DNA of 64,000 nt from a virus. Numbering within the stretch: the first letter of the stretch is position 1; every line of letters starts with the position of its first letter. This document shows positions 39,423 to 47,576 of this stretch, piece by piece. Both the position numbers and the translations under genes were made by a program. The stretch lies in the IMG/VR virus record IMGVR_UViG_3300031088_000737, positions 117,271 to 181,270 of that record. One strand, given 5' to 3'. The notes beneath the pieces are model-generated. The model did not search any database, had not been told where the DNA came from, and saw only the letters and a program-made list of their open reading frames with translations.

Positions 39423-39496
39423 GGGGTTTTAGTTTAACTATCGAAAAACAACAAGGAAACTTGTAAATGAAAGGTCGAAACTTTCAGACTCCACCA
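39423..39496 (+). ncRNA. tRNA-like RNA with an Ala acceptor (G3:U70, A73, CCA) and a GAAA tetraloop instead of an anticodon loop
   Basis: GGGGTTT/AGACTCC, GTTT/AAAC, ACAAG-GAAA-CTTGT, GAAAG-GTCGAAA-CTTTC. Confidence 0.8.
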
Positions 39497-39511
39497 AATA
39501 ATGTTTTTTAT

Positions 39512-39587
39512 ATTCTCATAGCTCAACTGGAAGAGCAATGACCTTCTAAGTCATCGGTTGTAGGTTCGAGTCCTACTGGGAATGCCA
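39512..39587 (+). tRNA. tRNA-Arg(UCU)
   Basis: ATGAC-CTTCTAA-GTCAT, G73-CCA. Confidence 0.9.
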
Positions 39588-39596
39588 AATTAGTTA

Positions 39597-39770
39597 GTTG
39601 ATGTTTCAACTGATTTAAACGCTACATGTTGCCTGATTAGCAACTAGTATACTGGTCAAGTATGATTGAAGCAGCTTAATCACTGCAGTCTGACCTCTGA
39701 TAAGTATATCCGGTAGGTATTTACCGTCACTTCGAAGCGTGGAGATATTTATTATCGTTGAAGCGTTAGC
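39597..39770 (+). ncRNA. Candidate multi-stem structured ncRNA
   Basis: 14-bp closing helix GTTGATGTTTCAAC/GTTGAAGCGTTAGC with several G-U pairs, enclosing about five hairpins. Confidence 0.6.
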
Positions 39771-39784
39771 GGAAATACTATTAT

Positions 39785-39859
39785 GGGCTGTTAGTTTAGC
39801 TGGGAAAATACCTGCCTTGCACGCAGGAGTGCTGGGTTCGAGTCCCTGACGGTCCACCA
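39785..39859 (+). tRNA. tRNA-Ala(UGC)
   Basis: CCTGC-CTTGCAC-GCAGG, G3:U70, CCA. Confidence 0.9.
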
Positions 39860-39871
39860 GTTTTGTTGTTT

Positions 39872-39948
39872 GTCCGTGTAGCTCAGTTGGATAGAGCGTC
39901 TGCCTCCTAAGCGGAAGGTCGTAGGTTCAAATCCTATCACGGACGCCA
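39872..39948 (+). tRNA. tRNA-Arg(CCU)
   Basis: TCTGC-CTCCTAA-GCGGA, CCA. Confidence 0.93.
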
Positions 39949-39978
39949 GTTTTGATATTTTATTTAGAGGATTAATCA

Positions 39979-40512
39979 ATGGTAATTGCTTATGTGGCAC
40001 CTTTGTTAAAAGATGATTATATTAACGCAACCGCTGATAATAAAACTATTAAAGAAAGTCATGATATTCGTGAAAAAATTGTAGCTCGCTCTCTTTATGT
40101 ATTTGATAAAATTGCTGAGTTGTTGAATTTAAAATATAATTGGGTTGCTTTTGATACTATTGATTTAGAAAAATATCAAGGTGCCGATAACGGAGAATAT
40201 GATTATCAGCGTTATTTTGAAACGTTTAAATTTTATAGTGATATTGACGAATTAGAATATAAAAATAAAATTATTGATGTTTATTGTAATCAATTTCCAT
40301 CAAGTTTTATTTATGAAGAATTTGAAGATGAAGTTCTTGGAACGGCTGAATCAATTAAGCTAGGTATTGATTTAAAAAAAGAAAGAGCAGATAGAAAACG
40401 AAAACATGATAAGGATAAAGAAAAAGAACGCAATAAGATTAGACCAGAAGTAATAGCTTCTATTAAATCTAAATTGAGTGAATTAGAATTATCTTTTGTT
40501 GATTTTAAATGA
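39979..40512 (+). CDS. Hypothetical protein embedded in the tRNA array
   Basis: GAGG SD, 177-aa ORF, basic coiled C-terminus. Confidence 0.75.
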   Translation: MVIAYVAPLLKDDYINATADNKTIKESHDIREKIVARSLYVFDKIAELLNLKYNWVAFDTIDLEKYQGADNGEYDYQRYFETFKFYSDIDELEYKNKIIDVYCNQFPSSFIYEEFEDEVLGTAESIKLGIDLKKERADRKRKHDKDKEKERNKIRPEVIASIKSKLSELELSFVDFK

Positions 40513-40593
40513 TTTAACAAAGAATAAGGGAGTTTTACTGTAAAGGTGAAACTGGATTGGAGCCGTGGTTTCCGGGGGGCATTCATTCACTAT

Positions 40594-40670
40594 GGGATTT
40601 TAGCTCAGTTGGTTAGAGCATCCGACTCATAATCGGCAGGTCGTAAGTTCAAGTCTTACAAGTCCCACCA
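40594..40670 (+). tRNA. tRNA with CAU anticodon, probably Ile2 (lysidine; reads AUA)
   Basis: CCGA-CTCATAA-TCGG anticodon arm resembles gammaproteobacterial Ile2; the Ile2 versus Met call is inference. Confidence 0.8.
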
Positions 40671-40686
40671 AATTAGATGTGTATAT

Positions 40687-40761
40687 GGTTCTGTAGCATA
40701 ACGGTAAATGCACCCCGCTCATAACGGGATGATTAAGGTTCGATTCCTTGCAGAACCACCA
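40687..40761 (+). tRNA. tRNA with CAU anticodon (Met or Ile2)
   Basis: CCCG-CTCATAA-CGGG, paired G1-C72, CCA. Confidence 0.85.
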
Positions 40762-40764
40762 GAT

Positions 40765-40893
40765 AGTAGAAAGGTAGCTTAACGGGAGAGCAGCCGGGAT
40801 GACCCGGTAACTTTAAATCTCATGTCAGATAAATTCTCGTAATTTATAGGCCATGTGGATAGTGGTAATGGTTCGAATCCATTGCTTTCTACT
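40765..40893 (+). ncRNA. Extended tRNA-like RNA (tetraloop anticodon arm plus a ~55-nt multi-hairpin insert; no encoded CCA)
   Basis: AGTAGAAAG/CTTTCTACT, D arm GCTT/GAGC, GCCGGG-ATGA-CCCGGT, T arm AATGG-TTCGAAT-CCATT. Confidence 0.7.
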
Positions 40894-40901
40894 TGCATTT
40901 T

Positions 40902-40977
40902 GGGGTTGTAGTTCAGTTGGTAGAACGCTTGTATGGCATACAAGAGGTCGTGGGTTCGAATCCCATCTTCTCCACCA
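40902..40977 (+). tRNA. tRNA-Ala(GGC)
   Basis: CTTGT-ATGGCAT-ACAAG, G3:U70, CCA; two U-U mismatches in the acceptor stem. Confidence 0.85.
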
Positions 40978-40982
40978 AATAT

Positions 40983-41009
40983 AAAGAGAACTTTCGAGTT
41001 CTCTTTTTT
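40983..41009 (+). terminator. Terminator ending the tRNA operon
   Basis: AAAGAGAACT-TTCG-AGTTCTCTTTTTT. Confidence 0.9.
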
Positions 41010-41010
41010 A

Positions 41011-41039
41011 TTGCTTGATTTTTGAATTTATGTTATAAT
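41011..41039 (+). promoter_or_regulatory. Sigma70-type promoter
   Basis: TTGCTT-N17-TATAAT with TG. Confidence 0.7.
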
Positions 41040-41068
41040 CAATCATTATTTTATTATGAGGAATTATT

Positions 41069-41899
41069 GTGATTAAAAGTTCATTAAAAGATATCAATAA
41101 ATCATTAAAAACACATTACAAAAGCCCTTTTAAAGTATCTAATTATAAAGAAGAACTTGAAGGAGAAATAGTCGATTTTGTTGTTATTGAAGATATTAAT
41201 AAGCGAACACTCGCTCGCTTTCAATACCTAAAAGAAGATGGTGCTATTATCTCTGGTTACAATGACTCTCCATTATATAAATCAGAACGCGAACAATATT
41301 TTCCAGCATATTATGATCAACAACACTTGGATATCTATCAAAAAGTATTCGATTTGTTTTATGATAATCCTATTGTAAAAGAATATGTTCAAAAATATTC
41401 GCTTGGCACCGTTAATAAAAATATGTTTGATATTAGCGATGATCATAGACGTGGCGTCTCATTAATCAAATGTTTCTATTTTTTAGGCAACAGCAGTCGT
41501 TCTGATAGTTCTATTGGGCTTCAATATTATATCAATGAACATGGTAAAATCACACCACGAATGAAAATTAAGTTTTCATTCATGACCTGTGGCAGTCTTA
41601 CTATCTATTATGATTACTCATCTAATAGCTTTCATTTTGGCAAAGCCAGTTTTAATGAATCCAATAAACTTGTTAAACTTGATGATGAAAAGACGACTGA
41701 ATTATTTAATATTAAGTCTGGTGAGGTATTCATTGATGATGAGCATTTAAATCTAATCTTCACTCGTTGGATGTTGGAAATGGGATATCGGTTAAACAAA
41801 CAAGCTTTTGTCGCTTACAAGATGGATGAATTCATTGAACTTGCTGACACAGCAAAAGTGATTGAACATCTAAGTTTGATAAAAATGGCACTTATTTAA
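41069..41899 (+). CDS. Hypothetical protein, MxxI-tail family (paralog of the next gene)
   Basis: Shared EDGAII.GY.DSP.Y and PRMK.. motifs; ends LIKMALI. Confidence 0.75.
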   Translation: MIKSSLKDINKSLKTHYKSPFKVSNYKEELEGEIVDFVVIEDINKRTLARFQYLKEDGAIISGYNDSPLYKSEREQYFPAYYDQQHLDIYQKVFDLFYDNPIVKEYVQKYSLGTVNKNMFDISDDHRRGVSLIKCFYFLGNSSRSDSSIGLQYYINEHGKITPRMKIKFSFMTCGSLTIYYDYSSNSFHFGKASFNESNKLVKLDDEKTTELFNIKSGEVFIDDEHLNLIFTRWMLEMGYRLNKQAFVAYKMDEFIELADTAKVIEHLSLIKMALI

Positions 41900-41925
41900 G
41901 ATTATTACAATATAAGGATAACAAC

Positions 41926-42867
41926 ATGATTCGCAATTCATTAAAAACTATTAAGAAAACAATTAGAAAAAAATATCCAAAACCTTTTGATGTATCAACG
42001 TTCATAAAAACTAAACCAGAAGTCGCTGGCACCTATATTGTTATTAAAGATTTCAATAAAGAAGCTATTGCGGAGTTTAAATATAATCAAGAAGATGGTG
42101 CTATTCTGATAGGTTATGACAATTCTCCTAAATATCGAGAGTATTATGAAAAGAATTTTCCAGAATTACATATCAAAGAACACCTTAATTACTATCAGGA
42201 AGTGTTTGATAAACTTCATGAGAACTCCATTTTTAAAGAACTTTTTGAAGTTGATTTGGAGCCTCTAAAAGTAACTGAAGATATGTTTTCACTCAATAAA
42301 GAATGCATTAAACGTTTGCATGTTAACAAAACATTTAAAAACCTAGTACCGGCTGGACTACATATTTCTATTTGCTTTCAATATTACGTTAATGATAACT
42401 TTATGTTAAAACCTCGAATGAAATTTAATTTTGAGTTTGATGATTTTGGGAGCTTGATTCTTTATTATGACTATGATACGAAATGTCTTCATTTCGGTGA
42501 AATTCAATTTGTAGACAGTGAAACATTTAAAGATTTGAATACTAATAATGTTACTTTTATCAATAACTTACCTTTTTACATCACTAAAAGACACTTACAG
42601 ATGTTAGGCTTAGATACAAAAAAAACAGATATTGAATTTTATGCTTTGAATAATGATGAAAGTTATTCTTTAATGAGTATTAACCAACAAGATCCAATTA
42701 AGACTTTTTCGAAGTTGAAAAGCATCTTTGATAAATGGATGATGGAAATTGGTGTACTTATTAACAAAAAGATAGCTGTTTTCTATAAATTAGATAACAC
42801 ATTTGAACCTGATGCCAAAGAAAATGTTGTTGATAACTTTAATATTTTAAAAATGACCTTAATTTGA
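41926..42867 (+). CDS. Hypothetical protein, MxxI-tail family
   Basis: Ends ILKMTLI. Confidence 0.75.
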   Translation: MIRNSLKTIKKTIRKKYPKPFDVSTFIKTKPEVAGTYIVIKDFNKEAIAEFKYNQEDGAILIGYDNSPKYREYYEKNFPELHIKEHLNYYQEVFDKLHENSIFKELFEVDLEPLKVTEDMFSLNKECIKRLHVNKTFKNLVPAGLHISICFQYYVNDNFMLKPRMKFNFEFDDFGSLILYYDYDTKCLHFGEIQFVDSETFKDLNTNNVTFINNLPFYITKRHLQMLGLDTKKTDIEFYALNNDESYSLMSINQQDPIKTFSKLKSIFDKWMMEIGVLINKKIAVFYKLDNTFEPDAKENVVDNFNILKMTLI

Positions 42868-42942
42868 TTTAAATATTTCTGTATTGACCTTGTAAACTGG
42901 CTTTTTAACAGTATTATTTATCTAAAATAAAGGAGATTAAAC

Positions 42943-43722
42943 ATGAGTGTGTTAAAAAATTTCATAGTAAAATATGATAAAACAATTGTAAAAGCATTGG
43001 TTATTGTTGTAACTTTATTTATACCAGCTTTACTACTATTACCACAATTAATAGAAAGTTACACTTATAATGCATATGTATCTGGTACATTATCTAATTA
43101 TATCGAATCCGATAATTCATTAAAATTTTTAAGACTATTCAGTTTCGCTTTAATAGCCATTTTTATTGTCTATAGTTTATTGCGAAAATATTCTTTAGGT
43201 GAAGAAAGACATACAAACTATAATCATAAAACTAAGCTTTGGATTTTGGTTATTATGTTGGTTTTTCCTGCAATTGCATTACATCTAATTAATTCGCATT
43301 ACGAAAATAAAAATAGTATTTTTATTGAAAATAAATTGAAAAGTATTAAACAAAGCGTTTTAGACGGTAAATGTTCACCAGCGGCAAATAAAGGAATTGG
43401 TTATTTTACTGATGTTTCAAGTTGTGGTATAGTGGAAGGAAATTTGCCGGGGACTATCTATTTATTGAAAGCAGGTCAGTATAGCACCACAAGCCATAAA
43501 GATGGTAAATCAACAACTATTACAGAAGAAAAACCTAATACGCTTACTTACAAAAATTATCTGGGCAGCTTTTGTAGAGACTTAACAGATTCTGAAAACC
43601 CTGTTTATAAAGAATTTACAGCAGTCGAAGTGCATGGTGTTAATCCTTTATCTGATAAGTTTGAAACAGCTTCTTGCGAAGAAAGAAAAACGGTTGGTCA
43701 AATTCAATTTATGTTCAAATAA
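42943..43722 (+). CDS. 3-TM protein with a Cys-containing, possibly pilin-like periplasmic domain (paralog of 57532)
   Basis: FIENKL..K.S...G.C, LPGTIY, Y..YLG.FCR.L, C...Q.F. Confidence 0.7.
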   Translation: MSVLKNFIVKYDKTIVKALVIVVTLFIPALLLLPQLIESYTYNAYVSGTLSNYIESDNSLKFLRLFSFALIAIFIVYSLLRKYSLGEERHTNYNHKTKLWILVIMLVFPAIALHLINSHYENKNSIFIENKLKSIKQSVLDGKCSPAANKGIGYFTDVSSCGIVEGNLPGTIYLLKAGQYSTTSHKDGKSTTITEEKPNTLTYKNYLGSFCRDLTDSENPVYKEFTAVEVHGVNPLSDKFETASCEERKTVGQIQFMFK

Positions 43723-43786
43723 TTGAAGACAAACAAAAAGAGAACTTCGTAGTTCTCTTTTTTTATATTTATTTTTTTTAACAATC

Positions 43787-44239
43787 TTAAAACTTGTCTT
43801 TAATATCAATAACGTCTGTAATCAAGTAATCAATATTACCTTTAAATATGGTATTCATCTTAAATACAATGCTCAAATCAATACCCGTATTTGGATTAAC
43901 AGCTATAAGAAATGATGTATCTTTGTATTCTGATACTTTATCATCCAACATTATATAGTTTTTTATTTTATTTTTCGAAACAAAATTTAAACATTCATGC
44001 TGGCGTGTATACTCTTTATATCGTTCCGATAGGTCATCAGTTATTCCTATCACTTTATTATTAAGGATCTGATTGAAGAATTCTAAATCTTTAAGAAATC
44101 GCCATGTGGATGAGATAACAATGTGAATATTATTATGGCTGCAGTAAGCATTTAAGCAGGAAATAGCCTCTGGATACCAGACATTTTGTGTCGGATGTTT
44201 TAAAACACCATCAATATCTAGAAATATTATATTATCCAT
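43787..44239 (-). CDS. HAD phosphatase of the Swiss-Army-Knife RNA-repair type (HAD_SAK_2-like)
   Basis: IFLDIDGVL, IVISSTWR, YIMLDD. Confidence 0.8.
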   Translation of the reverse strand: MDNIIFLDIDGVLKHPTQNVWYPEAISCLNAYCSHNNIHIVISSTWRFLKDLEFFNQILNNKVIGITDDLSERYKEYTRQHECLNFVSKNKIKNYIMLDDKVSEYKDTSFLIAVNPNTGIDLSIVFKMNTIFKGNIDYLITDVIDIKDKF

Positions 44240-44296
44240 CTTTTATATTTACCTTTATGTGCTACACTATTATATAGAAAACAATAGAAAATAACA

Positions 44297-45727
44297 ATGG
44301 ATTATTACAAATTAATTGGCGAAGAAATTGCTTATTATGATATAAATGGCAAGAAACAGACAATCGGCACAATAAGACACATCAATGATGACAAAGCAAA
44401 GATAGCTTTTACTATTGATGGTCAAAATGCATTTCGTGAATTGGCTAAAAAAGAATATTTAGACAGAAGCGATATCTTAACACTTATGAAAACAAGCAAA
44501 AGAGAAGTAGACGCTTACTATGGTAGACCAACTACCGATGTTGGCAGTGTTTTCGATTTCGTCAAACAAACCGCAAAGAAAGGTTTTACTGAATTGTCTA
44601 TCGGTGATAACTCCAATGAGCAAATATACCTCAGAAAAGGACAGTTTGTAACCAACAATGAATCTATTTCTAACGTGTTTGATAATGCTGTTAAATCGGA
44701 TTTGGATGGTGATAAAGAAAGCCTTGTTGTTAAATCTATTCAGTTAAGTAAAGAAGGTAATAAAGTAGTGGGCCGTCACATTATGATAAAAGCCGCTGCT
44801 GACCCTGCTAATGACTACAAAACTTTATTAGAATTCGCCGCTCTCGAAACCTTAAAAGAAAGTGGTCTTAATGTGCCTAAGTATAAATTAGAAACAATTG
44901 ATAATCGTCCTTACTTGATTATGGAAAATTTTAACAAATCGAATTCTTTTGAACTGAATGTGATTAAGGATGAGCGTGGCACAGCTATTCAAGTCGCTGA
45001 TACTGCTGCATTTTACAGCACCAAATTGTCTTATGACATGAATGACATGGCTAAATGTTTCTCAAACAATAAAGCCAAATTAAACGATGAGAACTATGAA
45101 CATTCTTACCTTGTAGCCATGAAGCTTGCGAATGCTGTTCATGATTCTTCAACTTTGGATGGTGATACCAAAGAATATGTTGAAGCCAGAAAAAATAAAG
45201 TTCAAAAAGATTTAATGAAAGCATTGTCTTTTAATATTCTTATTGGGAACACTGATATGCACGGTGGCAATGTTAAAGTCTTATTGAACCAAGGATCTAA
45301 CCCGTTAACTAATAAACCAGATTTTGAGTTTGCACCTTTCTATGACATTACACCGCACTCTATCAATCAGCCGGGTAATAACGAATTATTAAGACATGGT
45401 AAAAATTTAAATACCTTGGAAGCAAAAGATTTGTATAATAGCAGTTATCGTGGAGTGGCTAGAACTGAAATGTTCCAGAAAGAGTTTGAAGACGCTAAGA
45501 AAATGGTTAAATCCTACAAAGAAAAAGTAACCAAACTATTAGAGAAAACACCAGAGTTGTTGGCAATGTTTAAAAATCATTTTACAAAAACTAACGAGTT
45601 TAAACGTATTCAACGATTTGATGGTATGGATTATGACTTAAGTGTTCTAGACACGGATAACAGAAAGCGTCCTGATCAAGTTAATATACACCATCAAAAC
45701 TTTAAATCGAAAGCCAAACACGTTTAA
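44297..45727 (+). CDS. HipA-family Ser/Thr kinase
   Basis: HIMIK, E..AL..L...GLNVP, FNILIGNTDMHGGN, FAPFYDITP. Confidence 0.8.
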   Translation: MDYYKLIGEEIAYYDINGKKQTIGTIRHINDDKAKIAFTIDGQNAFRELAKKEYLDRSDILTLMKTSKREVDAYYGRPTTDVGSVFDFVKQTAKKGFTELSIGDNSNEQIYLRKGQFVTNNESISNVFDNAVKSDLDGDKESLVVKSIQLSKEGNKVVGRHIMIKAAADPANDYKTLLEFAALETLKESGLNVPKYKLETIDNRPYLIMENFNKSNSFELNVIKDERGTAIQVADTAAFYSTKLSYDMNDMAKCFSNNKAKLNDENYEHSYLVAMKLANAVHDSSTLDGDTKEYVEARKNKVQKDLMKALSFNILIGNTDMHGGNVKVLLNQGSNPLTNKPDFEFAPFYDITPHSINQPGNNELLRHGKNLNTLEAKDLYNSSYRGVARTEMFQKEFEDAKKMVKSYKEKVTKLLEKTPELLAMFKNHFTKTNEFKRIQRFDGMDYDLSVLDTDNRKRPDQVNIHHQNFKSKAKHV

Positions 45728-45894
45728 AGATTTAAAATAGGGATATCGCCGTATTTCTCTTCATACAAATCAACTAAAAGACTTTTTATTTTTATTAAGT
45801 CTTTTTGTTTTATCTCATCGACACCAAATATAAACTCTAATTTTTTATCTAGAATGGTTTCGTCGTTTAAACTGTTTTCATTTTTTTTACTCAT
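45724..45894 (-). CDS. 56-aa hypothetical protein convergent on the HipA-like gene (not in the ORF track)
   Basis: MSKKNENSLNDETILDKKLEFIFGVDEIKQKDLIKIKSLLVDLYEEKYGDIPILNL; AGAGG SD. Confidence 0.6.
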   Translation of the reverse strand: MSKKNENSLNDETILDKKLEFIFGVDEIKQKDLIKIKSLLVDLYEEKYGDIPILNL

Positions 45895-45966
45895 TGCGTT
45901 CACACCTCTTATTAAGCTCTTTATGATATATTTTTTTTAATTAACTGTCAATCAATATTATTAATC

Positions 45967-46635
45967 TTAAATACAATACATTTTAGCCACTACAAAGTCG
46001 TCATCATTCATTTGTTTAATGTCAATATTAAACTCTCTGATGTATTGAGTAAACCGTTCATAATTATAGACATGCTTTCGATAATAAAGTTGTTCTTCAT
46101 CCACTTTAAATTCACCGAGTCTAAAGTTTAATGATTCTAATTTTAAATCAATTACGATTTCAACATAACCATCAAAGTCCATTAGTCTTTTAACATTTTC
46201 TAAGTTATCAAAACGTTCCTTATAAATGTTTAAAGTCCCTAGTCTTTTGACAATAATGATGACTTGAATACCTAACACCAATACAGCCATCATTTGTAAT
46301 AAACTGTCATAGAAAGGATCAACAAATAGTCCTGAACCTATTAGATAGTAATACAATAAAGAAACAGGAATAAAGACTAAATTCATATAAGGTGAATACA
46401 GAGAAAAGATAATTTTATGCTGATAGTCTTTTCTAAGTGACCTAATGGTAAACTCTAAGGCAACACATTTAATCAATAAGATAATTAAACTTAGTCCTGA
46501 CCAACCCAGAGAGCCTTTCTCAGCCACTTTCATGGTGATTTGATAGAGCGTGTAAAGCACGTCTGGTATTAGAATCAACAACGTCAATGCCAGTGTGTTT
46601 TTGATTAAAAATTTAAATATCGGATAATCAAGCAT
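45967..46635 (-). CDS. Multi-pass membrane protein, MxxI-tail family
   Basis: About 4 TM; ends VAKMYCI. Confidence 0.7.
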   Translation of the reverse strand: MLDYPIFKFLIKNTLALTLLILIPDVLYTLYQITMKVAEKGSLGWSGLSLIILLIKCVALEFTIRSLRKDYQHKIIFSLYSPYMNLVFIPVSLLYYYLIGSGLFVDPFYDSLLQMMAVLVLGIQVIIIVKRLGTLNIYKERFDNLENVKRLMDFDGYVEIVIDLKLESLNFRLGEFKVDEEQLYYRKHVYNYERFTQYIREFNIDIKQMNDDDFVVAKMYCI

Positions 46636-46649
46636 CCTTTGTTCTCCAG

Positions 46650-47441
46650 TTATGAGATTAAATACATTTCAGCGACTTTCCAATCTTCATTAGACATGGT
46701 GTCTAATTTTAAATTAGCCGATTTTAAATAATGATAGAGTTCAACTTTTTTAAATGACTGCTTACCGTAATAGAAAAAGGTGTGATCAAGTTTATAATTC
46801 ATTTTGCTTTTTGTTAAAACGTTAAAAGAAATAAAAATATTTTTGTCTACAAAAAACATTATATCCGCAAATCTATGACGTACATTATGTTCAAATTCAA
46901 TACTTTTATCATTAAACATTCTAGACGTTTTTCTGAGTTCTTTTTCTATTTTTGTGTTGATACTGTCGTCATCATTGAGCAAAGTCATAAGATTATCAGG
47001 ATTCATGCTAAACATCAACAGAAATATGTATTTATCAATATTAGATATGGCATAAATAATGATTGTTAGAGCCGGTATAATTGAAAATTTTTCATTATAT
47101 TTAGTGATAAAATCATTATCAGGTAATAGATTGAGAGAGATAACAATAGAAAATAATGTTGATACTATGCTTATTGTTAGAATAAACAATGTCCATTTAC
47201 TTATTTTTTCATAAGCATTGTAACGACTGAGCAGTTTCTTTCTTTCCCATTTATATTTGAGTGACCATGCAAACATTACGATAAAGAGCGAATGCATAAT
47301 AATAAAACCTGCGATGTCGTTATTAATAAATTGAAACCCATTAATCATGCTGATGACAATAGTTGATATGAATAGTAGCGATATATTGTATTTATATTTA
47401 AAAAAATGAGCCATTTTCATTATTTTTTCCTTGAAAGTCAC
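46650..47441 (-). CDS. Multi-pass membrane protein, MxxI-tail family
   Basis: About 4 TM; ends VAEMYLIS. Confidence 0.7.
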   Translation of the reverse strand: MTFKEKIMKMAHFFKYKYNISLLFISTIVISMINGFQFINNDIAGFIIMHSLFIVMFAWSLKYKWERKKLLSRYNAYEKISKWTLFILTISIVSTLFSIVISLNLLPDNDFITKYNEKFSIIPALTIIIYAISNIDKYIFLLMFSMNPDNLMTLLNDDDSINTKIEKELRKTSRMFNDKSIEFEHNVRHRFADIMFFVDKNIFISFNVLTKSKMNYKLDHTFFYYGKQSFKKVELYHYLKSANLKLDTMSNEDWKVAEMYLIS

Positions 47442-47576
47442 TCGATTTTACATTTTTTGTAACTCACTGTCAATCAAAATAAAATGCTGTCTTCGATGTC
47501 AAACAATTCGCAATCTTCATTGACATTTCATCTATAATTTACTATAATAAAGGCATTAAATATAAGGAGTTTTATT

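Noticed and set aside
39239-39770. tmRNA (Ala-charged tRNA-like domain)
   Set aside because: Each Ala mimic is a closed ~75-nt unit with a D stem and its own CCA. No tag reading frame or pseudoknot series of tmRNA length was seen.
38832-39859. RqcH-type alanine-tailing system (tRNA-Ala-UGC + Pth + Clp protease)
   Set aside because: The parts are suggestive, but no RqcH/NFACT or RqcP gene is recognisable in the window, so it cannot be supported here.
38709-40586. Track ORFs 38709..38939, 39615..39857, 39791..40000, 40311..40586 (minus strand)
   Set aside because: Antisense shadows of tRNA genes or of the 39979 ORF; no SD and no protein-like features.
38832-40977. CRISPR array or simple tandem repeat
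   Set aside because: The repeated sequences are paralogous tRNA genes with cloverleaf structure; there is no constant repeat-spacer period and no cas genes.
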